DNA of 64,000 nucleotides from the NCBI GenBank assembly GCA_028534125.1, contig CM052816.1, forward strand, positions 50,842,001-50,906,000, in the 5' to 3' direction. Positions within the stretch are counted from its first letter, which is position 1. Each line of letters begins with the position of its first letter. Below, piece by piece: positions 24,670-38,129 of the stretch. Source of the stretch: Lama glama (taxonomy: Eukaryota). The translations under genes were made by a program, and so were the position numbers. Under the pieces are notes generated by a model that saw only the letters and a list, made by a program, of their open reading frames with translations, was not told where the DNA came from and searched no databases.

Positions 24670-24800
24670 GTTCACAAAGAACTTGCATATATATTTCATT
24701 GTCCCTACAGTCATGCTATGAAATAAGACTATTACAGATGAGGAACTATAACTTTAAGGAGGTGGGTTATTTTGCCCAAACAGACTGTAAGCAGTAGAAT
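24670..24800 (-). mobile_element. MIR fragment
   Basis: 'ttacagatgaggaactata...gaggtgggttattttgcccaa'. Confidence 0.6.
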
Positions 24801-24824
24801 GACCACACATACTAGTTTTCGAAG

Positions 24825-24920
24825 ACAGACTTGGTTTATGCCTGTTGTTCTGATGTATTAATAGCAACCCCTTTCACCCTCAAAGTGTCCCAATTTGGAA
24901 GATAGTAAATTATTGTCAGT
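24825..24920. mobile_element. MER94-like hAT-Blackjack MITE
   Basis: 'tggtttatgcctgttgttc...attaatagcaacccctttcaccctcaaagtgtcccaatttggaagata'. Confidence 0.7.
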
Positions 24921-27271
24921 GGTGAATTCAGGACCAGATGATAGTTCCTCTGACACAAAGAGCATGGTTTAGTGCTCTTTTCACAGTATCAAGTTGTTTC
25001 CAATCACAACTCAAATATCAACATCAAGGGGGCAGGGAGCAAGCACAACACCCCTTCCCTCCTCCTGGGCGAGTAAAAATGTATCGAGTAGAATGTTTAA
25101 TCAGAGAAAAACAGAACCACGATTCTCCCTTTCTAAGAACTGGGATAAAGTAAGCAAATTGGGATAAAGAAGAAGGTTGCTCTTTCTTTAACCTCAAGGT
25201 AAGCTCCAACAGTCATCCTGAGGTTGAAAATCATGTCAATTCAATTTGCAACTAAATTGAAAGAAAGTCCAGAGATTTTCCCCATACTCATGAGTCCACT
25301 CTCTTATTGAACCCAGGTCTTTTTCAGCAGGGCTATGCAACTGCTAGTCTCATACTACTTCTATCACCTACTGAGAAGCTCCATTAGTGACACAATTACT
25401 TTCTTGTTCCCCATACCATTGTAGAAGGCCGGAGAATGGCATATTTTTCTTTCACCAGAGAGTCATAAGAGCCAATTTAATGTCAATTAATAACCAGGTC
25501 ATTTGCTGTCATACGCAAGAAAGAATGTCACTACCTGTCAGCGAATAAATGTGAAAACCAGACTGTAATGATCTGGAAGCTGCACCCAGGCAGGGATGAG
25601 ACACACAGGAGGATTATGCCTGACTTGCAACATGTTTTCTTTCCATTTCTTTTTGCTCATCACTGGTTAAATGCCCCAGTGTTCAATTCCTCTCTCCATC
25701 CGTACACGTTCGAGAGGAAGTGGCTCCTCACGAAGCAGGGAGGGAGACCATCTTAAACAAATGGCAAGAAAAAGCCACTTCATGGAGCCAGAATCGACTT
25801 CTGTCTGAAGGAAAGGGCAGCCCTGGAGCTTTTTATGAAAAGTACCTTTGTTCCAATAGTTTTTCAAGAACAAAAAAATGTATCTTCACACTTTTGCCAT
25901 TATATTTATGAACTGTAAATCCTCGTTTTATGGAAACACTCCAGGATTTCAAACTCCTAAATCAACCTGGTAAATCTCCAACCTCAGGAGTTCAATTCAA
26001 GGAGAACTCCTTCAAAGATACTGACATTTTATAGGGAACTTCAGGAAAAACAAACAATGAGAGTTTTCAATGTACATTTTTTGGTTACCCTAAAGGCTTG
26101 TCATGGGAGACAGCTAACACACAGAAAGAAGAAAGACTGCTGCTAAGATTGCATTTACGGAGCCCCAGGTCAATATGACTTAAACAATAACAGTAAGTAG
26201 TCTCTTGGGAAATTTGGTCTGGGGCCCCTAACAAACCACCATTGTTTCCTTAGAGGACTATTTTACTTTAATATTTTACTTTTGTATCAGGGTATCACGA
26301 TGTTGGATATACAAGTAAACTTTCAAAAGGGAGAAAAATGACTCTTTAGAAAGTCCATTTGCAATTGCAAAGCACTTTATAAATACTGTAAGCTGGAGGT
26401 TTCACCTTCTCTCTTACAGTGTTTCCCATTCTCTGCTGGACATAGTCCTGCTACAGTGGCTGTATCTCCACAAACTGTATGCCAACCTCTACTAATGACG
26501 CCATTTCAATACACCCAGTTTCACCAATGTTTAGCCAGCTGGTAGTTCACGTCAGCCAACCTAAACATTTCATTGTTGGATGAAATAGTTTCACAGGCAA
26601 CCACAGGCCTTAGGCATGTGAATTTTATTAAGACTTATTCCACAGACTAGGACAAAACAGAACACAGAGCAGTTCTCCCTGAGTTGCTGAATGAGACTCA
26701 CTGCAAACAGTTTCCACCCATTCACTGAACAATGTCCAAAAAATTAGAGTCCTCATGGAATTCTGAGTTGTGGAGGTATGTAGAAGGGCTTAGGGTCCTG
26801 AGAGCCAGTAGAACTGTGTCTCTGTCTGGTCAGAGAAAGGCCTTAGTTTGCAAAATGCTTAGCAGGGGTGGAGGCAAGTGTCTGTTAGTCCCCTAAATAA
26901 AAAGGATACATAGAAACTGTATAATGAAAAGTCATTTTTCTCTCTCCAGTGTATAGTGGTGGCGGTGCCAAGTAGTAATGCTCTACTTTGGAAAGTCTAC
27001 ACAGAGCTTATTTAATGGCATTGTCAGCAGGGTGTCCTACAGTCATTCCTACACGTGCCATTTTCTGCTCTCTTGAATGAAAGACTCCCCTTTCATACGC
27101 CACTGTGGACACACATCATTTCCACAGCCTGTGCTTCTCCAGGCTGTCATAACTGCTTTCGGGAATGTCTTTATCAGCCATCAGAGACTCAGGGCTGGAA
27201 AAAGAATTCCAGGGCTGTCCTGAGGTCTACTTACTGAGAGGGCTTTAATGCACTCAGTAGTGTCCCTAGCA

Positions 27272-27274
<3 letters not shown>

Positions 27275-27306
<32 letters not shown>
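27275..27306 (+). repeat. (AC)16 microsatellite
   Basis: Perfect dinucleotide run. Confidence 0.95.
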
Positions 27307-27309
<3 letters not shown>

Positions 27310-27639
27310 GTCAAACACTTTTACACAAGAATATCACAAGGAAACTGGGCTCAGCCTCAGGCAATTCCAACTCAAAAAGTGCACAGACCACATTGAAGTC
27401 AAACACTGGTGTCAGCTAGGAGGGAAGGAGTCACAGCAAACATGTTCAAACAGTAAAATTGGTTTTGAAGAATGAGTGAAGTGTTGGCTACACAGGGCCA
27501 GCCATGGGAGACCATTTCCCTTTGCTGCTCCTGGCTTGTGTGGGCGGTGTCTGGGCACCCTCAGCAGGGCTAAGCATCCCCCACACCCACGCAACATGAT
27601 GTCTCAGATTTGAAACCTTATCTAGCAAAGCAGGCATAT

Positions 27640-28005
27640 GCCCTATATTCTACTTTTCTTTGATTTTTATTATGTGTTCATGAATCTTGTCGCTCCACCC
27701 AAATTATGATCACTTTAAGGTCACAAACTATATAAAACATGCCCTTTGAATCCCACATGAAACCTTTCAGAGTACTGAGCATAGACTCAATGCTCAGTAA
27801 ACATTTAGTGAAAAATTAAATGTAAGTATGTTAAAGGAAAGAGAAGAACAGGAAATCCACACATCCAATAGACCATGAGTTCCATGAGGGCAGACACTGT
27901 GACAGCTTTTCTGCTCATTGTTCTATACCCAATGCCTTGCACAGACATGCTTAGTGCACTTTTTGTTGAATATGCAAGGTTTGTTGAATGAATTCTTGAA
28001 TATGA
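27640..28005 (+). mobile_element. Two adjacent L2 3'-end fragments
   Basis: 'agtactgagcatagactcaatgctcagtaaacatttagtgaa' and 'agaccatgagttccatgagggcagacactgtg...tgttctatacccaatgccttgcacag...ttgttgaatgaat'. Confidence 0.7.
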
Positions 28006-28603
28006 ATATATATTTTACAACATCTATATATTTCTACCTGTGTGTTAACATATTAATACAAAGCACTCATTTTCCCACTTAGAAACTATTTTTCTATAAC
28101 TGATTTGACAACAGATGCACTGATTACATGCATGGACCATCATTTATTCAACGAGACATGCATTCCATCTTTTTTCATCTCCCTCATCTTGCTTTCTCTC
28201 TATTCAGATGACCAGTCTCTTTAAATATTCGCATAGAAAAGTCTTTAGCTTTTTGGCTAGAAAAATTTTAAAAGCTAAATAGCTTCTGAGGATGTTGTGG
28301 GGTTTTTGTTTGTTTTTTCAAGAAAAAATCATCAAGTTTTAATCAGTGTATTTTAGTTATACATTTTAAAATTTTTAACCTTTTTGTTTTAGTACAATTA
28401 TAGATTCACCTGCAGTTGTAACAATACAGAGAGATCCTGTGAACACTCTCCCTAGTATCCACCTCCCATCCATGGTAACATCTTGCAAAACTGGTTCATT
28501 ATCGCAACTGGATCGTGATGCTGATACAGTCAAGATACCAAACGTTTCCATCAATTCCTCCTAGCTTCCTTTTATAGTCACATCCTCCTCCCTCATGCCC
28601 GCA

Positions 28604-29103
28604 NNNNNNNNNNNNNNNNNNNNNNNNNNNNNNNNNNNNNNNNNNNNNNNNNNNNNNNNNNNNNNNNNNNNNNNNNNNNNNNNNNNNNNNNNNNNNNNNN
28701 NNNNNNNNNNNNNNNNNNNNNNNNNNNNNNNNNNNNNNNNNNNNNNNNNNNNNNNNNNNNNNNNNNNNNNNNNNNNNNNNNNNNNNNNNNNNNNNNNNNN
28801 NNNNNNNNNNNNNNNNNNNNNNNNNNNNNNNNNNNNNNNNNNNNNNNNNNNNNNNNNNNNNNNNNNNNNNNNNNNNNNNNNNNNNNNNNNNNNNNNNNNN
28901 NNNNNNNNNNNNNNNNNNNNNNNNNNNNNNNNNNNNNNNNNNNNNNNNNNNNNNNNNNNNNNNNNNNNNNNNNNNNNNNNNNNNNNNNNNNNNNNNNNNN
29001 NNNNNNNNNNNNNNNNNNNNNNNNNNNNNNNNNNNNNNNNNNNNNNNNNNNNNNNNNNNNNNNNNNNNNNNNNNNNNNNNNNNNNNNNNNNNNNNNNNNN
29101 NNN
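28604..29103. other. Assembly gap (500 N)
   Basis: Run of exactly 500 N. Confidence 1.
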
Positions 29104-29552
29104 TGCATAATTCTCTGGATATTCAGCCAGATTATTGCTCGTATCAATAGTTTATTATCAGTTCTCTTACTGAGTAGTATTCCATGGTATTTATCTACCA
29201 CAGTAATGTTTAACATTTAATCATCCATTGAAGGACATCTGAGCTGTTCCAGTTTGGGGCTGTTATGAAGAAAGCTACTGTAAACATTTGTGTATAGGTT
29301 TTTGTGTGAACAGAAGTCTATTTTTCTGGGATAAACAGCCCAGAGGATGAAGGACAACTGTTGGATTGTATGGTAGTTGCATGTTTAGTTTATTAAATAA
29401 GTGCCAAACTGTTTTCCTGAATGTCTGTATCATTTTACATTCTCATCAGCAATGTATGAATAATTTAGTTTTTCCACATTCTTGCCAGCATGTAGTGTTG
29501 TCATTATTTTAGCCATTCTGATAGGTGTGTAGGGATAGCTTGCCATGGTTTT

Positions 29553-31341
29553 CTTTTTTTAATTAATAAACTTAATTTTTTTAGAACAGTTTTACGTTCA
29601 CAGCCAAATTAAGCACAAAGTCTGGAGTTTCCATATACCCATTGTCTCTGCATATGCACAACTTCACCCACTATGAGCATCCCACACCACACCATACATT
29701 TGTCACAAGTGACAAACCTACACTGACACATCATATCACCTAAAGTCCATAGATTACTTTGGGGTTCATTCCTGGTGGTGCACACTCCATGGTTTTGACA
29801 GGTGTATAGTGTTCTACACTATAGTAGTATCATACAAAATAGTTTCACTGCCATAAACATTCTCTGTGTGCCACCTATTCGTCCCTTTCTTTCTCTAACC
29901 CTTGGCAACCAATAATCTGTTCACCGTCTCTATAGTTTTGCCTTTTCCAGCATGTCACATGATTGGAATCATATGGTATGCAGCCTTTTTATTTTGGCTT
30001 CTTTTACTTAGAAATTTGCATTTTAAGTGTCTCCCATGTCTTATCATGGCTTGACAGTTTATTTCTTTTTAGTGCTAAATAATATTTTGTTACCTAGATG
30101 TATCTGTCCATTCACCTACTGGAGGACTTCTTGGTTCTTTGCAGGCTTTGGCACGTATGGATAAAGCTGTTATAAATATTTATGTGCAGGTTTTTGTGTA
30201 GACGTTTTTCAATGCATTTTGAACAATATCTGTGAGTGAGATTGCTGGATCGTATGGTAAGAAACTGCCCAACTGTCTTCCACAGTGGCTGGATCATTTT
30301 GCACTCCCATCAGCAACAAATGAGAGTTCCTGTTGCTCCACATCTTCACCAGCATTTGTTTGTCAGTGGGTTGGATTTGGGCCATTCTAATAGGTATGTA
30401 GTGGTATCTTATGATTGTTTTAATTTGAATTTACCTGATGATATATAATGTGGAGCATCATTTCATATGCTTATTTGCCATCTGTATGTCTCCTTTGGTG
30501 AGGAGGCTATACAGGGAGTTTTGCCCCTTTTAAAAATCTACTTGTTTGTTTTCTTATTGTCGAGTTTTCAGAGTTTTTGGTATTTGGGGAATAAAAACCA
30601 TTTTCAGGTGTGTATTTTGGAAATATTTTTCTACCAGTCTGTGGCTTATTTTCTCAATCCCTTGACATTGCCTTCCACAGAGCAGACTTTTTAAATTTAT
30701 TAAAGTCTCGTTTATCAATTCTTTCTTTCATGGATCATGTTTTTGTGTCTAAAAAGTCACTGCCATACCCCTAAATCATCTAGCTATCCTCTGGAGTTCT
30801 ACAGACTCTGATAAAGCCCTAGCAGGTCAGACTCTGAAAACACTGTTTCTCCTAAGGACAGGCCCTGTTAAGGACAGAACACTCTGGCTATTTCAAAATG
30901 TTGACTTTTCCCCTTTTCCAGCCAGAAGCATGAGGGGACTTTCCACCAGGATCCACAGTGAAACATGGTAGAGTTCCTGGAAGTAAAACTCACAAATGTT
31001 GGTGCCCCTGTCTAATGGTGTTGGGCTGGAGATTTTAGTGCTCCCCCTCGTCCACAGTGAGCTCCAGCGATTTGTCAATTGCAGTTCAGGTTTTCCTACA
31101 GAGGCACTGATTCCCGGAGAGATTTCTGCTCATGGATATCTGTGCCAATAAGCTGTAATTCTCTGTATCTGCCTGTCTGTCTTTCCAGTATTGGGGTGGG
31201 GCACAGTTGTTCCTGTGATCTCACTTCTTTGGCAGCTTTAGTAAGAATTGTTGATTTTTCAGTTGTTCAACTTCTTACCCACTGTTAGGATAAAGTAACA
31301 GCTTCTAAACTCATTAGATGCCAGACCAGAAACCAAAGTCT
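29553..31341 (-). mobile_element. L1MC1-like element retaining its 3' end and a 5'-UTR-like end, internally deleted
   Basis: Diagnostic L1MC1 3' end ('tttagaacagttttacgttcacagccaaatt...aacctacactgacacatcatatcacctaaagtccatag'). ORF2-end sequence runs to about 30805, then L1MC 5'-region-like sequence runs to about 31341. Confidence 0.7.
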
Positions 31342-32713
31342 CTTATTATGGACTTAATTTGCATTTTCCTGATGGCTAATGATACTGGGCATCTTATGTG
31401 CTAAAGTCAGTTTAAACCACATTAGCTTTTGGTGATAACTAACTTTTCTAACTAAAAAGCATAACTGCATTCTCAAAAAGTTTTCACCTAAAGAGTCCAG
31501 GCTACTGAGAGGTCTAGAGTCATGTGTCTGCTGGAAAGACAACCAGTGGCTTTACTCAATGAGAGCTTCTCAGCAGCAGGAATGGTGTCTTCGTAAGCAA
31601 GATGGTGTTTATTGAGCAGCGTTAATCTATTGAACAGATGACTCGTAGCTTGACAAAAAACTCTAGGTAGAAAAGAACATGATTTTCTTACTTTGTGGAA
31701 GTCAGAGAGAGATATCCAAAGGCAGGTCAATGAAAGGTGAAGCTGGGGGAACATGGTTTTAAATCTCTAAAATCTCCCATAAAGCATGGAACTGTAAGCC
31801 TCATTACAGGGTAGTTTATTGTTTACACGTATCAGGACACTGACAGTCAAACAAGCGCTCCAACTGCTATAGATTTTAAAAGCTAAAAATTATCAAGTGA
31901 GGGAAGTGTTCGACCTATCACAGTATCAGCCTTACACATAGCTCTCAAGGTATATAAAGCTAGGATGGCAAATGCCACATCTAAATTATAACCTAGCAGT
32001 CCAGTTTTCCTGATTCTAATGATCTATTTCTCATTTTTACCCAGACTTCCCCAATCACATTTTAACAGTGAATTTCCAAGTATATGATGTTCTCTGAAAT
32101 TATTTAATATTGGAAATTATTTAAATATTTTGGTTGTTGTTGTGGAATTAGTTCAGGCTTTTTCATGGATATATATATTCACTAGCTTGAATTTAACAAC
32201 TCCGGAGAGATCCAATCACTCTTTCGAGCTCAGGAATTACAGCCCACTTTACCAGACACACAAAAGCCAAGCTAATCAAAAATACATGAAATGCAGGGTC
32301 AAATCAAAGCTGAAGGGGCAAGAGATGCAAACAGTTGCAATTGTCCCCTCCAACCCTGAGGAGATTTTTGAGGGCTCTGGAAAAGCAATCTGTTGTTTAT
32401 CTGCATTAGTCACTCATTTGCCACTGCACACAGATTATCCAATACAGTGGATGCATGTGGTCCCCTTGCCAGGTTATTTCTCATTTGTGGCTAAGCCACA
32501 TGTTTGGTCCTTCTCCTTCACTGAAATTCTATTTTATTTTGTTTTTTGAAAATGTTGAGGATAACATAAGCTTGTAAAAAATGGGTAGTAGGTTTTAGAA
32601 AGAAAACAAATATGCAAGAATAATTGTCAACTATGGAAATGATTTTAAGTAAGAATTCTAATACCCTAGATGAGTATAGATAGAAAAATTAACATCAATG
32701 AAGACTGAATGGG

Positions 32714-33081
32714 ATGGCAGAAACAGTAGCTGGCAATCTAATACCTATTCTTCCCTTCTTTTTTCTTACAAATAATTTATTTTCCTGACTCTCTTGCAGA
32801 TGAAGGTGGCGAATGAGATACAAGTATAAACTATTCAGTGGCATTTCTGATAAAACATTTTTGTGGGGAAGTGAAAATTATCACAGTATCTTCAGCACCC
32901 ATGTTGGACTCATGAAGAAAAAGTAAAGAGAATCTTAGAGATCTAGGCTGACATACCCTAGAGGTGTTGAACTAAGCCAGTAAATGCTTACCTGGATGCT
33001 TTCGAAAAATAAATTTCTCTGTCATTAAGCTACCTTTGAATATTCCATTACTAGTAGTGAAACCTAATCTTTTCTGATACT
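32714..33081 (+). mobile_element. Old MaLR LTR (MLT1H/J-like)
   Basis: 'ttttcctgactctcttgcagatg...aaataaatttctctgtcattaagctacc...tgaaacctaatcttttctgatac'. Confidence 0.6.
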
Positions 33082-34194
33082 GTGGGTAATGGAAAGAATT
33101 CAAACCCCACTGGCTGACCTTGAGGAGACAGTTTAACTCTTATTTAAAAGCAACTGATAGTGATTCCACACTTACCCTCAAAGGAAAAGAGTATTTCTGA
33201 CTAATATGTCAATACTTAATAAAGATCCTATATGCTGACAGTACAAATCTTGAAATAGGAATAAGGATAAAGTTGGGACTGAAAAATGCATAATGGGAGA
33301 TTCATATGAAGTCTTTAGAATGATGTACTTGGTGATTTGAACAACTGGAAGAGGACATCTGGTCAGAGGTTACACATGTAACTTCTAGGAGCTCAAATTA
33401 AAACTGTTTATGATGAAATCAACATCAACCAAAAAAATTTAAAATGTTCTGTTATTCATAGTATATATGAAATAGTCTTCATTGAGCATTATGACTAACA
33501 ATTGAAGGTACTATTTATATTTTTAAAAAGGGATCGCAGAAGTGATTCCTTGAACTTCCATAGTAACTGGTAACTATTGGGAAATTATTTTTGCAATGAC
33601 TTTAGTCAGGTTAGTTATGCTTTCTATTGGGTTTATCTAGTCTGCTTAAGGTGCAAAACTAAAACATTATGTTGAACATTTACAAAAAAGAATCAAAACT
33701 TTTATTTGGTTAACTGGGATGTAGGGAGAAGTGAAAAAGAAAACAGTCTGATTTATGAAAATCTGTACTTTAATCTTCCAGGCCACTATTTGCCTTGTTG
33801 AAAAAATTTCTTGTTAACCATTAAAATTTTTAATACAAGATGAAGAAAGCCATAGAATTAGTTTCAGGAAAAAAACAAAATAAAAAACAAAAAAAATCTC
33901 CCATAGCCACACAGGAGGCAAAGGTAATTTCCTCTTGCTAACATTTTCAATGGACCCTTTGTTTTTTTGATATGATTTAAAAAAGGTTAAATTTAAACAG
34001 GCAACTCTGCTTTTTAATTACTATTATTACTTGTGTAGAAGTATAAAATTTACATTAAATCATCAGCAATTAATCCTCTGAGCTAGATGCCATCTCTGTA
34101 ATGAAATACAGTTTATGCAGCAAAGGTTTTGCTTTTTTTAAATTAACTGGCAAATTAAGTGAGAAGAGAGAAGACTATAGTAATAATTATTCCC

Positions 34195-34460
34195 ACTAAT
34201 AACAGTTATCCTATATTGCACACATACCATACTCCAGGCATTGTATTAAGGACTTCAGTTTTAAATTTCTAACTTCAACATCCCTAAAAGTTAAGTACTG
34301 TTATTATCACCCCCATTTTATTACCAAGGCAGGCAACTAAGGCCAGAGAGGCTTTGTATTTTCCCAAAGTCATGTGACTAGTAGAAATGTCAGAGAGGAC
34401 ATCTACATGCAGGCTTGTCTGCTTCCAAACCCATGAACTAATCACTACAGGATATTGCTT
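34195..34460 (-). mobile_element. MIR SINE
   Basis: 'ccaggcattgtattaagg...tactgttattatcacccccatttta...aactaaggccagagagg...ttcccaaagtcatgtgactagtag'. Confidence 0.8.
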
Positions 34461-35609
34461 AGCTTTTGAGGGGTCATGTGTTATAATGGAAAGGAAGTTT
34501 AAACTTTCTACAAATGGACATGAAATCTTAAATGAATGAAAAGGAGAACTTAGGGCTTTAAACTCAGGATGACAGAAAAATTATTTGTATTTTGAGACCA
34601 CGCTGAAAGAGCCAGGGGCTTCCTTGTCTTAATGAGGAAAACTCAGTGTGTTTTGTCATGGATGAGTGACAACGTCTACTTGACAGATTGAGGATATACG
34701 TAGGATAGACATTTGATTTCTCAGGAAATTTAGTCTTAAATAAACTAGTACCTCCCTCCCTCCCTTCTTTCTTCCTTCCTTCCTCAAGAGAAGCCATCCT
34801 GAAACATAGCACAACTATGAAATTAAAGTTTCATCTCCTATTCCATGGGAATTCTGGCATTCAAAAATTGAAATAAGAATCAGTTCCTAATTTATATTGA
34901 TCAAAGAGAAAAACAATTGTTTTTGCTGCAAACTTTGGCACACTATTTTGTCTACCCCATAGACTGTGAGTATATGAGATCACAATTTAAGATCTCATTT
35001 AACAAAAGATGTTATGTAGACACTTCGAGTTGGAGTTCTAGTTCTGCTTCTGTACTAAGTCATCTAATCTCCCTGATCTTCTGTTTTCTAATCTATAATG
35101 TGAAGTCACTGGATTACATGAATTCTACTCCCTCCAGCAATAACATTCTCTACTTTCTCTCAAGTATCACTGAAACAAATTTTCAAATATCAGTGTGGGT
35201 TAAAAAAAAGATTTCATCACACACTTTTTCTCAACTTGGGCAGTCTGTCACCACTCTCATTAATGATGCCCCCAATACAACACCCTCATCACCCCTTTAG
35301 ACAACCATTGCCCAAACATCTTGTGCATAAGATCAGCTCCAGAGCAAGGCCTGCTTCATGTTCTAGGCAGTACTGTGATTAGATGTAAATGACTGAAAGC
35401 ATTAAGATGTCAGTAAGGGTGAGGCAGGGTGAAGTCTGATGAGTAGAATTCATCAGAACTGCAGTAGGGCATTTACAATCAACAAGCATATCTTCTTACA
35501 CAGTTGAAACCCATCTCCAGGAGTGTGAGCAAGGAGGTCTAAGGATGCGAAATCAGGCGACTTGATGTTCAGGAGTAAGTTTACCTCTCAGGACTCAGAA
35601 GAGAACTGT

Positions 35610-36084
35610 CTCACTGAATTCCCATGGAGAAATAGAATCCATCTCACTTGATGAAAGAGACTTTCATAAGGGACCATTTACAGAGGAGTAGGCTGGGTGA
35701 AGAGAATCATGTTGGAATCTCTCCTAGGAACTAGCAACACAGGAAGGCAGTATCATGCCAAGACTTGAAGGGGCAAGAGAGACAGTAACACTGAGAAGCC
35801 CAATGAGAGACAGATCCATGCAGAAGGACCTCCCATGGTAGAGAGGTGCACTCAATGCCAGAAGACAGCCCAAAGCAGGAAAGATGTAGGAAAGAATGCC
35901 CTGTCCTCTCTGTCACACCACTCTCCTATCTCCTGTTGGTGTCTGCCATTGGCCAAGGCCATTCATCAAGGAACCTTTGTAGTAGTGTGCTTAGGAGTCA
36001 GTGTTTTGCCATCCAGGGTAGGGCAGAGAACAGCAGGGCATTGATCTGACATAAGCAGGGGCTAGTATGCAAAAAACTAGCACA
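35610..36084 (-). mobile_element. ERVL LTR (LTR33-like)
   Basis: 'aagggaccatttacagagg...ctagcaacacaggaagg...ctcctgttggtgtctgccattggccaa...ggcagagaacagcaggg...aactagcaca'. Confidence 0.55.
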
Positions 36085-37379
36085 GGTACTAAGATTTTTC
36101 CAAGACCAGTTTTAGTAACATTGGACTCCTTTTCATTCCAAATAGAGAGCTGAGTATTAAGAAATGACAATACAATCTAGCTGACAGTCCATTTCTCTCC
36201 AGTGATTTTTATAGGCAGATAATTTTCTCTTGAATTTTAATTTTCATTGGCACTTAATTGTTAATGAGTAATTGCTCCACTTCCCTCTAATTCTTCTTTT
36301 GTCTTGATTGACACTTCTCCACATTAGGGTTAAGGGCTGTCTTGCATAAGCAGCCACTGGCCAAATAGACCCATGTCTACTCTGTTAAAGCTTAATGTGT
36401 GAGACAAGGCAGATTGTCTTTTGACCTTGGCTTTTGAGAAGTTCTGAAGCTTAGCAATTCTGATTTTTAGGTTTAAGTAAAAGTGAAGTTAGCCTAAGGG
36501 AATATCTACGTAACATTAACAGTAGACACTATTTCTGGGTTTCTACTTGCTGTCTCTGAAGCATTTGCTCTGCCTGAGGGAGAAAGGTAATTAAAACATG
36601 GATACCTCCATGTCATTTGGGAGGTGCTATTTCCCAGGGAACCACTGCATAGACTAGTATTACTTTTCCTAAGCATGATATTTTGGATTATTCTAAAACA
36701 TGACATTGAAGTGTGAACAGATCAAGAGTAAAACTGAGGTCAGTGTGTGCCAAGTCTGGGCAGTTTATAAACCCAGTGGAGCTTGCTGTTAACATATAGC
36801 TTGGCAAACTCACTCATGGTCTGAGCTGCAAGTTGGGTTGCTTTCTATCTCTTTGTAGCCTTTAAGATTCTGGGATTGAACCAGAGCTGTCAGCTTGGTT
36901 TAGCGAAACAGAATCCAGCTCCCTCTTCGATGCCTTCAGTTTCTTAGGAGAAAATTAGCTATAATTTAAACAACATATATTTACATACACATATCCAAAA
37001 CTGTTCAATGAAAATTTCAGGGTAAAGCAAGAGTTTAAAATCACCCTTGGATCATACAGTAGACTTACTAGGTTTTATATTTTACCATTTTTTCCCTCCT
37101 TTGCTCTCTGATCATGCAAACTTACTTCTAGAAATAGATTTCAAATTCCGGATACCTGATCCAACAAAGACAGTTTGAAAAGACTAAAAAATTACTCCTT
37201 TTCACTTTTAATTTTGTCACTCAGTCTTCTTTGTATCACTGGAGCTAAATGGTTCTTAATATAATAGCACAGGAAGACATATAAACATGTAAACAAACAC
37301 ACAAACATGAATATCTGTGCTCTCCAATTGTAGAGGAAACATTTAGAATAAACACAGAACTCCTGTGTTCACCATCCAG

Positions 37380-37720
37380 AAGGAGAGATGACAGAGTTAA
37401 GGGATCAGGTCTGTAAAAGATACATTTCCAAGGAGGTCTAAGGATGAAGCCCAGGGAGTCAGAAGTGGCTTCATGGAGGTAATTCCTTTTGGGAATGGGC
37501 TTTAAACGATAAATAGGAGTTTGTTTAATAAACAAGAGAGAAAAGGCATTCCAGACAGAGGGCATGGCATCTTCAGGAAATAGTTCTGCTGCCTAGAATG
37601 TGGCCTTTGCAGAGAGGGAATTATGAGAGATAAGAAAAGGGGTGAGTGGAAGCCAAATCAGGAAGTGTGTTTCGTGCCTGGCTGAGGAGGTTAATACTTA
37701 TCTGTTAACCAGTGTTTAAG
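37380..37720 (-). mobile_element. L2 fragment
   Basis: 'ggagtcagaagtggcttcatggaggt...gggctttaaacgataaataggagtttg...aaggcattccagacagagggcatggcat'. Confidence 0.75.
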
Positions 37721-38027
37721 CAACTATGATATATTTCAGCTATATATTTGTTTTGATTACATGAGTAATTCAGAACTTACAAAAATCTCGAAGTTTCAGA
37801 ATAGTCGAGGGAAAAGGTGAAAATCTACTTTATCATAACTTCCATTGTTTGCACAGTGGTATATACTCATCCAGACTTTTTCAATGCTTATTTTAATTTG
37901 AAACGAGACTGCCTTCTACATATTATTTTGTAATATGCTTCCTCTATTGGTGACTCATGGACATCTTTCCCTGTGAGTACAGATAGGCCAAACACATTCA
38001 ATTTACTACCCATATAAAATTCCATCC

Positions 38028-38129
38028 AATGAAAATGAATTTATGTATGTATATGCATGACTGGGACATTGTGCTATACACCAGAAATTGACACATTGTA
38101 AATGACTGTATTTCAATAATAACAAAAAA
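38028..38129 (+). mobile_element. Camelid-type L1 3' end (short, 5'-truncated)
   Basis: 'tatgtatgtatatgcatgactgggacattgtgctatacaccagaaattgacacattgtaaatgactgtatttcaataa' plus an A-rich tail. Matches my recollection of the alpaca/camel L1 3' terminus. Confidence 0.75.

Larger units (their letters stand above)
28370..31400 (-). mobile_element. L1MD-like 3' portion, spanning the second gap and hosting a nested L1MC1-like element
   Basis: 'tagattcacctgcagttgtaacaatacagagagatcc...ggtaacatcttgcaaaact...gatacagtcaagatac'. Continues collinearly after the gap, is interrupted at about 29553, and resumes at about 31342 ('aatttgcattttcctgatggctaatgat'). Confidence 0.75.

Noticed and set aside
26358..26371. 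Perfect 14-bp palindrome tttgcaattgcaaa
   Set aside because: 7-bp arms are expected several times by chance in 64 kb.
28593..29216. 207-aa and 171-aa ORFs
   Set aside because: Mostly N, and the rest is degenerate L1.
32130..32549. 139-aa plus-strand ORF
   Set aside because: Non-ATG start and no homology I recognise.
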